Virus record (IMG/VR): IMGVR_UViG_3300023198_001125 | From: a virus | Length of the DNA stretch: 64,000 nt | Reading direction: 5' to 3' (one strand) | In this document: piece by piece, positions 57,634 through 64,000 of the stretch | How the letters are laid out: each line of letters starts with the position of its first letter | Numbering within the stretch: position 1 is the stretch's first letter | Notes under the pieces: generated by a model | Seen by the model: the letters and a program-made list of their open reading frames with translations, nothing else | Database searches by the model: none | Told to the model about the DNA's origin: nothing | Position numbers and translations under genes: made by a program

Positions 57634-58172
57634 GGTTGTACTCCTCTTGTGGTTTCTACTTGAAAACGTACTTTAATATGGTAGTCGTAGGCTTCGGGGC
57701 CTCCAGCCTGTATCATTTCTCCGCGAAGTGCATAGTTGAATACTCGTTTGGAGACAAACTCCCCTGTTTCTGCATCAGTGACACCTGTAAACCTCATTGT
57801 GAGCAGTGATGTTTCCATTCTACTGCGTAGCTTTGATGCGATGTCTCTGGTTTCGGACAGGGTTTCACCAGTGCTTGCGAGTAGTACACGAGCCATTGCT
57901 GTAAACCGGCGGTACATTGTTATAGAGCCGCTACATTCAATTTCAGCTACGTCATCTACCCACTCGTTGGTCATATTCGTGTTGCCTGGTTTGTATACGC
58001 CATCGGGGTCGTTCTCATGAAGAGTGACACTTAGCCTTGCGTCTGCAACATCAGGATCGTCCTGGACTGGGCCTAATATGACTTGGTGAACTTTAGCGTC
58101 GTCGCTCACATTGTCTATTAGGTCAGTCTCAAAGTTAGACCTGACATGCTCGAGAATTGCATCGTGTATCAT
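57630..58172 (-). CDS. tail terminator-like protein
   Basis: Directly upstream of the major tail protein. Confidence 0.6.
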   Translation of the reverse strand: MIHDAILEHVRSNFETDLIDNVSDDAKVHQVILGPVQDDPDVADARLSVTLHENDPDGVYKPGNTNMTNEWVDDVAEIECSGSITMYRRFTAMARVLLASTGETLSETRDIASKLRSRMETSLLTMRFTGVTDAETGEFVSKRVFNYALRGEMIQAGGPEAYDYHIKVRFQVETTRGVQP

Positions 58173-58816
58173 CTGTTACGACCTGGGCGGTACAATGCTA
58201 TGGCACCACCTGGTGATCTTTCAGCGATTTTAGAGTAGTATTCATCCATAAGTGTCGAGACTTCTAGGTTTACTGGGTTGTCATCCCGTCTACCGGCGCC
58301 GAGTTTGAAGCGGTCGATACCAGATTGCTTAGTCCTTACCTGTTCGTTGGCCTTTGCCAGAACGTAGAGGCGAATAAGCTCCTCGTCGGACGAGGGGACT
58401 GACATGACCGTAGTCGTGCTCAGGTAGGTAGCCGGAATTGTGTGTAATGCTCCATAAGTCAGTAGACACTCACTTATGGGGGCGGCATCAAGGTAGAGCC
58501 GCCCCCCGGAAATGTGATATAGAGTAGGAGAGGCTGGTGTTGTGTATTTCTTACCTGGCCGTCCCGATCTCCTTTCAAGGAAGCTGTTCTCTGGGCTCTC
58601 GACAGTGAAGTCCTGGAGGAAGTCACTAGGCAGGGTAGCGGAGAATGTGTCATCGAGGGACATTTCCTGTTTGTCCACCGCCATCGGGAACCAACCAGAG
58701 TAATCCTTGATTGCATCTTTTACCCAAATGTAAAGACTTTCGTTAGGCCACTTGGTTGCGGCCACATCCTTTAGCTCTACACGGATATCAGCTAGGAGCT
58801 GGGCGTAGGTAGTCAT
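58169..58816 (-). CDS. head-tail adaptor (DUF6682/gp6-like)
   Basis: TYAQLLADIRVELKD...KWPNESL; follows the capsid gene. Confidence 0.65.
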   Translation of the reverse strand: MTTYAQLLADIRVELKDVAATKWPNESLYIWVKDAIKDYSGWFPMAVDKQEMSLDDTFSATLPSDFLQDFTVESPENSFLERRSGRPGKKYTTPASPTLYHISGGRLYLDAAPISECLLTYGALHTIPATYLSTTTVMSVPSSDEELIRLYVLAKANEQVRTKQSGIDRFKLGAGRRDDNPVNLEVSTLMDEYYSKIAERSPGGAIALYRPGRNR

Positions 58817-58825
58817 ACACAATCC

Positions 58826-60097
58826 TTAGTCTGTTGAACCTTGGACTTCCACTACTTCGAAGTACTCGGGGCGGAACAGTTGGAACTTCACAAACCCTCT
58901 CCAACCGATACGATTGACCATCATTAGGTCATCGTACTTAGGAGGCATAACTGGGTGTGGACGTTCTCCAACGGCGTAAACGACACCAGGGCCACCCATG
59001 AAGATCGCGCTGTGGATATCTGCGGCTACAGTAACGTAGTCGGTATCTGCGTGAGGCTTCAGAAGAGGCTTGTCGAGAACGATTTTGTTGGTTCCAGGAA
59101 GGGAAACGATACGACGTGTTTCTTGTGTCCCGTCAGCATCAAGTACGGTTGTTCCCGATGCTTGGTTGCTGATAGTGATGTATTGCCCAACCGCGAAGCC
59201 GGTGTCATCAGTTACAGTGATGTAACGTGTTGAGCCTGACTGACCTGGTGAGTACACCTGGTCAACAGTTGATGCAGCACCTTGTCCAACCACTGTGGCT
59301 CCGTCGAGGTCGTCTTGGTTGACGGCAAGACCTGCGTTCTTCAGACGAAGACGGTTTGAACGGATGAAGCGAACTCCACCCCACATTCCAACTTCGTTTG
59401 TGAACTTCTTGACAGGCCCAGCATACTCTTGGACTTCTAGCCACTTGCTGGATGGATCATTACGGATGTCCTTGATTACACGAGGGGATGTGGCGCAAAC
59501 AATTTGGCCACCGTCTCCGTCCTGTACTCCGGCAACGCCGGGGATTTCGTTCTCTTCAAGGTGGACACGGATTGTCTCCACGATGTCGGGATCGAACAGG
59601 TCAGTAGCGGTGATTGATGCGCGTGCTCCACCTGGTGTCAGGGTGCCCGCAATGAGAGCGTTCTTGTTGGGGTGCGAGAGGAAGGCGTTCCTCGCAAGGA
59701 TATCCAGATAATCAACCTGGTTTTGGCCGATCTTTTCTTTCACCAAACCACGGAAGTTGCCCGCGTTCACGTACTGAACGATCTGGTTGTAGTCGGAAAA
59801 CTTCAGGGTGTCGCCGTGGATTTCAAGCGCAATTTGGACGGTTCTGCTGTCCAGCGCCGCACCGCGAAGCCAGATATCGGTTTCGGACAGTGCGTTCCAG
59901 TTAGGCTCAGTGTCATATACTTCGGTGAAGATAACGACACCTGAGTTTGCGGCGGCAAAGTCTTCCTTCATCAGGGCGAAGGGAACTAGAATACTTTTGG
60001 TTCTCAGTGTCTCCAGTAGCAACAGTGAGTAATAATCACGTTGCCATGAGGGGAGAGTTGAAGACCAATGTAGACCAGTCGTTAGACTGTTAGCCAT
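58826..60097 (-). CDS. major capsid protein (N4-gp56-like, HK97 fold)
   Basis: 423 aa after the scaffold; EVGMWGGVRFI, DDL....IGW. Confidence 0.85.
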   Translation of the reverse strand: MANSLTTGLHWSSTLPSWQRDYYSLLLLETLRTKSILVPFALMKEDFAAANSGVVIFTEVYDTEPNWNALSETDIWLRGAALDSRTVQIALEIHGDTLKFSDYNQIVQYVNAGNFRGLVKEKIGQNQVDYLDILARNAFLSHPNKNALIAGTLTPGGARASITATDLFDPDIVETIRVHLEENEIPGVAGVQDGDGGQIVCATSPRVIKDIRNDPSSKWLEVQEYAGPVKKFTNEVGMWGGVRFIRSNRLRLKNAGLAVNQDDLDGATVVGQGAASTVDQVYSPGQSGSTRYITVTDDTGFAVGQYITISNQASGTTVLDADGTQETRRIVSLPGTNKIVLDKPLLKPHADTDYVTVAADIHSAIFMGGPGVVYAVGERPHPVMPPKYDDLMMVNRIGWRGFVKFQLFRPEYFEVVEVQGSTD

Positions 60098-60119
60098 TTC
60101 TTACTCCTATTCATTGGTA

Positions 60120-60803
60120 TTATTGTTGGCTGTCCGCCCAATCACCGAACTCGTCCATAGCTTTGGCGCGTTCGGGAGTACCAAGAGGAATACCATTTAC
60201 GTATTCTTCCCATCCTTGAGATGTAGAGGGTTTCACTGGGGCTGTTACTACGGAGCTGATCGGGTCAGTCACGCCTGCTTTCAGTTGTGTTTCCCTTGCT
60301 TGTACAAGGTCATCTCCCCATCCCAAAAAGTCTTTTGCGACGGTTGTTAGAGCTTCCTTGTCAGTAAGGTTCGGCAGACGATCTAGTATTGCTACCAGGT
60401 CAGGTCGTTGCAAGTCCTTAGCTACTTCCAGCTTTAGCCTCAAGGCTCGGAGTTCTGTTAACTCCGTCAATAGGGCTTGGTTCTCCTCAAGTGATGTTTG
60501 GAGAGCCTTGTCACGCTCACCCACTGCGACTGTCTTTTCCGTGTCCTTGACTGCCAGTTGTCCGGTAAGCTGTTCCTCTGCGGAAGTCTTACCAGCAAGT
60601 TGACCTTCTGTTTCACGGAGCTGAAGTGTGAGCTCCTCGACCTTCTTTACGAGGCCGTTGTAGCGGGCTTGTTCGATATAGCCTGCTGGGGGTGACACCG
60701 GCGGTGTGGGGGCCGGAGTAGCTGGCGGCGGCTGTACAGGTGGGGTCTCCGTCGGAGGTGTCTCCACTGCTGCTACAGGGACGTTTGCTGGGTTGTCGGT
60801 CAT
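60120..60803 (-). CDS. capsid scaffolding protein
   Basis: Pro-rich N-terminus, coiled coil, directly upstream of the capsid gene. Confidence 0.75.
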   Translation of the reverse strand: MTDNPANVPVAAVETPPTETPPVQPPPATPAPTPPVSPPAGYIEQARYNGLVKKVEELTLQLRETEGQLAGKTSAEEQLTGQLAVKDTEKTVAVGERDKALQTSLEENQALLTELTELRALRLKLEVAKDLQRPDLVAILDRLPNLTDKEALTTVAKDFLGWGDDLVQARETQLKAGVTDPISSVVTAPVKPSTSQGWEEYVNGIPLGTPERAKAMDEFGDWADSQQ

Positions 60804-60814
60804 TATGCGCTCCT

Positions 60815-60844
60815 ATTGTAAAGTGTTCCTACCCTTATTGTCAA
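60815..60844 (-). promoter_or_regulatory. sigma70-type promoter of the scaffold-capsid-tail operon, with an inverted repeat over -35
   Basis: TTGACA-18 bp-TACAAT; TACCCTT-N6-AAGGGTA at 60830-60849. Confidence 0.65.
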
Positions 60845-60891
60845 GGGTAAATGTATGCCCACCCCGAGGGGTGGGCCTTTAGCTGGGCTAG

Positions 60892-61203
60892 TTAGGCAGT
60901 GATGCCAGCAGCGTCTAGCGCCGCTACAACCAATGCCATCTGGTCATTGAGCTCTTCGCAGAACTCAAGAAGCTCTGCTACCGTGGGTGCTGATCCATCA
61001 GCAATGGTAATTGCCTCATCAGTGGTGATCGTGGGATCATTCGCTGTGTAGGTAATCGCTACCTTGGCAACTGTTGCTTGTGCGTCAAACTGACCGGCGG
61101 CAATTTCAGGTGCGATATAATCGCGGAAATTAGCTCGGGCCCGTGCGCCGCGGATGTACTCGCTGACTTCGGCGATCTTAGCCGATGTAAAATACTTAGC
61201 CAT
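60892..61203 (-). CDS. putative head decoration/fibre protein
   Basis: Ala/Thr-rich, ends ...LVVAALDAAGITA. Confidence 0.55.
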   Translation of the reverse strand: MAKYFTSAKIAEVSEYIRGARARANFRDYIAPEIAAGQFDAQATVAKVAITYTANDPTITTDEAITIADGSAPTVAELLEFCEELNDQMALVVAALDAAGITA

Positions 61204-61237
61204 TTCTGTCTCCTTTCGTAGTTTTCGATGTCGAAAA

Positions 61238-61543
61238 TTACAGGTTATCTAGTACGGCGAAAGTTAATACGCTGGTCTTCCAGGCTCCACCTGGCAAGGT
61301 CACCTGGCCTTGCCATTGCCAGTTGCCAATCTCTGCAAGGACATTGGCGGCGGTAGTAGCGTACTCCATTTTTCCATCAGTTCCATCAGTTGTGTGAGTA
61401 GCTGTGTGGGTAGTTTTTACGGTTGTGGGACTAACCAGATTGATCTTCATTACCGACGCAGCAGAGATGTCGACAATGGATGTTCCATCCATAATCGTGA
61501 GAATAAATGTAGTTCCAACATCTCCCTCGTGGATATCGCTCAT
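61238..61543 (-). CDS. BppU-N-like small virion protein
   Basis: IHEGDVGTTFILTI...DGTDGKMEY...GNWQWQGQV. Confidence 0.6.
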   Translation of the reverse strand: MSDIHEGDVGTTFILTIMDGTSIVDISAASVMKINLVSPTTVKTTHTATHTTDGTDGKMEYATTAANVLAEIGNWQWQGQVTLPGGAWKTSVLTFAVLDNL

Positions 61544-63054
61544 ATTTCACCATCCTGTTCGTATGTTACTGCAACGGGTGCATCTTGGCCGTGCTCTTGT
61601 TCGATCTCCCCGTCACCGTCTAGTTGCTGGTCGATATAAGCGTCTATGTCGTACTCTTGATCAATCAAAGCATACTCCTCATGGACTAACAGTACATATC
61701 CTACCACAGAGTATGTTATTGTCGCAAGCCCGATGTCTTCATGGCGCTCATACCACCATTCTCCTAAGTATATTAATTGAAGGCCATTTGCTTGTGATAG
61801 CCCAAGACCAGCTAGGTTATGTACCTGCGTAAGTGTAGGTACAGAGAAGGTGTTGGCCTGTGTGATGTTTATTGTGGACAGTTGGTAAGCTGTGTTTACC
61901 CATGGTTTCTCAACTAGGTTAGACTGGGTGAGATTATTTACAGCTATTACATGGGTCTGAGTTAGTGATGGGACAGAGACGATGTTGGCTTGTGCTAACG
62001 CGTACCCAATGACAGAGCCTTCGGGCTCGATGGAAGCCTTCTCTACTTGGTTTGACTGCGATAGATCATTTACTATAAGGTCACTGGTTAGAGTGAGGCT
62101 CTTCTTCTCTACAGTGCTCTCTTGTGAGAGGTCCTTGAGGGAAAGATTGTGGGCTTGTGTAAGTGTAATGGCGGTGAAGTCACTAACCTGTGACAAATTG
62201 TCAATGGCCAGCGTACTCTCTTTCGTTATGCCAACCTTGTCTACAGCATTGGACTGGGAGAGATCGTCAACAACAAGCGTGCTTTCTGTGGCGCCAACAG
62301 GGAAGTTGAAGAACCGCTGTGGGTAGTCTATCCAGGCAGGTTGTTTTGTTTCTGGAGGTGCGTATTGGCTATTGTATGCGTATGTTACTGTTGTTGCTTC
62401 TTTGCCGTCGACGACGTTGGCTTTCTTGCGATCAGTTAGTGGCGCATAAAATACAAGCCCATTCGGAAACCATAGAGGGGAGTGGCCCTTGGCTAGCCAG
62501 GCAATTTCGCTTGGCAAGAGCATCCTTCTCCATATACCGTAGTGGGCTATGGCGCCATCAAATTCTGCACCACCTGAGTTTCTAGTCCCTATTCGGAATT
62601 CGTCTGGATGTGTTTCTGTTGATGAACCACCAGAGCTGGAGCTACGACCGACTGCGATGCCGTCCTTGTAAGGTTCTATGTTGTCTGCTTGGTATATACC
62701 GCCACCAATTCCACCTAGGTCTGTATATGCATAGTGATGCCACTCATCCCAATCGATGGTTGCATTAAAGGCTGCGTATCGGCTATTTGGTCTGAAGGCC
62801 AGTATGCGTGACCCGCTATCGATGCTATAGAGCCTCCAGCCCCATGTGTTTGTGGCACCGCTTGTGCTGTAAGCGGTGCCAATATATGGGTTGCCCGTGA
62901 TATCACCAGTTGGTCTTAGCCAGGCAGACATGGTGTATGGATGTTCCCATGCATCCATGGGAACATACTTGTCATAAAAGACTGTCTGGCCAGTTGTCTG
63001 GTCGAAACGGGTAGAGCCCCTCAAACGCAAGACTTCGGGCTTCGCAATTATCAT
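61540..63054 (-). CDS. LamG/concanavalin-like virion protein with repetitive stalk
   Basis: YTMSAW...WHHYAYT...FDGAIAHYGIWRRML; repeated L.V..LSQ motifs. Confidence 0.7.
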   Translation of the reverse strand: MIIAKPEVLRLRGSTRFDQTTGQTVFYDKYVPMDAWEHPYTMSAWLRPTGDITGNPYIGTAYSTSGATNTWGWRLYSIDSGSRILAFRPNSRYAAFNATIDWDEWHHYAYTDLGGIGGGIYQADNIEPYKDGIAVGRSSSSGGSSTETHPDEFRIGTRNSGGAEFDGAIAHYGIWRRMLLPSEIAWLAKGHSPLWFPNGLVFYAPLTDRKKANVVDGKEATTVTYAYNSQYAPPETKQPAWIDYPQRFFNFPVGATESTLVVDDLSQSNAVDKVGITKESTLAIDNLSQVSDFTAITLTQAHNLSLKDLSQESTVEKKSLTLTSDLIVNDLSQSNQVEKASIEPEGSVIGYALAQANIVSVPSLTQTHVIAVNNLTQSNLVEKPWVNTAYQLSTINITQANTFSVPTLTQVHNLAGLGLSQANGLQLIYLGEWWYERHEDIGLATITYSVVGYVLLVHEEYALIDQEYDIDAYIDQQLDGDGEIEQEHGQDAPVAVTYEQDGEI

Positions 63055-63494
63055 GTTTGTATGTTGTACAGAAGGTACTTCAGTGTGTTACCAGAGGATG
63101 CAAATGCAACGCCGATCTCATTGATTATTAGAAATCTGAAATCCTCTGGCGGAAGAAGAATATTGCGGAGGACTACATAGCGGGCCGCTGTTGCGGACGC
63201 GTCAAGCTGAAAGTCTCCAACATGTGTATTGTTAGCTGGGTCTAATGATGCACCTCCATAGGCGTAGTTGGAGCCGTCTACTGTTGGTAGCAAATATAGT
63301 TCTACCCGAGCATCAGTTCCTCTAGAGGTTGTTGTTGCTAAATATAGCTCTACGTCTGCGAACATGTATAGCTCGCCTGCGGCGTCATTGGATATGACAT
63401 CACCCAGAACGTTGCCGCCATCTGCTAAGCTGTTCAGGTCTGTAGTTTCATAAGTAGTTGGGCCACTGGGTGCTTCCCATTTAGTTGTTCCCAT
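63051..63494 (-). CDS. virion-associated hypothetical protein
   Basis: 147 aa, beta-rich, AAGGAG RBS. Confidence 0.65.
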   Translation of the reverse strand: MGTTKWEAPSGPTTYETTDLNSLADGGNVLGDVISNDAAGELYMFADVELYLATTTSRGTDARVELYLLPTVDGSNYAYGGASLDPANNTHVGDFQLDASATAARYVVLRNILLPPEDFRFLIINEIGVAFASSGNTLKYLLYNIQT

Positions 63495-63503
63495 AATTGC
63501 TCC

Positions 63504-63902
63504 TTATATGGCTTGGGCTTTTACGATATCGCTCTCGCGGACATTGCCAAGGCCAAGTTCAGTGCCTCTGCTGATATCATCCTTGCGTGCGTCTGCTAGG
63601 GCTACGATTGTATCTGAGCCTCCGCCGAATACCGATGTAAAAATAGTGGCCTCGTTACCAAATGGGTCAAGGTCTCCACCCATGTGGAGAATGTCCCATA
63701 TTTGACGTTGCTCGTCGGCAGTGAGAGCTACCCAGTCTGCAATTACAACTGTGTTGAGTACCTCCGTAGGTGACATTCTCTCTCTGTTTTTCTCTCTGTA
63801 GAGAGTATTCATGTCGCTGGCGATTTCTTGGTTTGTCATACCAGAATACCCTCTTCCCAGAGGGTCTGCATCTATCTCTGTCATGAGTACTTGATAGTTC
63901 AT
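63504..63902 (-). CDS. hypothetical protein
   Basis: AAGGAG RBS before ATG 63902. Confidence 0.65.
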   Translation of the reverse strand: MNYQVLMTEIDADPLGRGYSGMTNQEIASDMNTLYREKNRERMSPTEVLNTVVIADWVALTADEQRQIWDILHMGGDLDPFGNEATIFTSVFGGGSDTIVALADARKDDISRGTELGLGNVRESDIVKAQAI

Positions 63903-64000
63903 GGTTCTCCTTTTCGGCGCCGAAAACTTAGATGATGTTCGGGTTGACTGTGAAGGGCACGCTTGATGTGTAGCCGTGCCATGCGGGTAGTTCAACCTTA

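Larger units (their letters stand above)
5519..62005 (+). repeat. dispersed polar motif GCTAACGCGYNC, 9 sites, all on +
   Basis: 5519, 13866, 22644, 26801, 27830, 32116, 34851, 44993, 61994. Confidence 0.8.
3194..63927. repeat. dispersed palindrome (S)T-TTTCG-RYRY-CGAAA-A(S), 17 sites
   Basis: 3194, 7289, 12287, 12928, 16462, 20674, 25320, 27764, 29313, 32965, 37763, 38922, 44092, 47837, 56552, 61221, 63910. Confidence 0.9.

Noticed and set aside
60857-60876. GCCCACCCC/GGGGTGGGC hairpin as a strong minus-strand terminator
   Set aside because: No U-tract on the transcribed strand; function unclear.
3194-63927. Palindrome as canonical parS or an SOS box
   Set aside because: Differs from TGTTTCACGTGAAACA and from GAAC-N4-GTTC; no ParB gene in the window.

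Overview
A 64-kb segment of a large tailed dsDNA phage genome (siphovirus-like; host not identifiable from sequence). No integrase, terminase large subunit, portal or DNA polymerase is visible in the window. Layout: (i) 0.2-3.8 kb, small rightward hypothetical genes; (ii) 3.9-5.1 kb, non-coding array of hairpins with AAGAAC-type loops; (iii) 5.1-14.3 kb, early-like block with DUF4326, a SLOG-NADAR fusion, a YonO/RdRP-like two-barrel RNA polymerase and RNase H; (iv) 15.2-18.1 kb, 13 canonical tRNAs plus one aberrant tRNA-like gene, none encoding CCA; (v) SSB, a conserved hypothetical protein and a ~370-nt structured RNA containing a circularly permuted tRNA-like core; (vi) 23-26 kb, a complete ubiquitin-like cassette (Ubl-GG, E2-like, JAB, E1/ThiF); (vii) replication/recombination genes (primase, resolvase, DnaB, Cas4-like nuclease, Sak4-like ATPase, LexA-type DNA-binding domain), a vWA protein, a CCA-like nucleotidyltransferase and a 97-nt tmRNA reduced to its tRNA-like domain; (viii) 40.4-64 kb, leftward lysis, tail and head genes. 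Two motifs are dispersed across the window: a palindrome TTTCG-RYRY-CGAAA (17 sites) and a strand-polarised GCTAACGCGYNC (9 sites, all on +). All calls come from reading the sequence by eye; no database searches were run.
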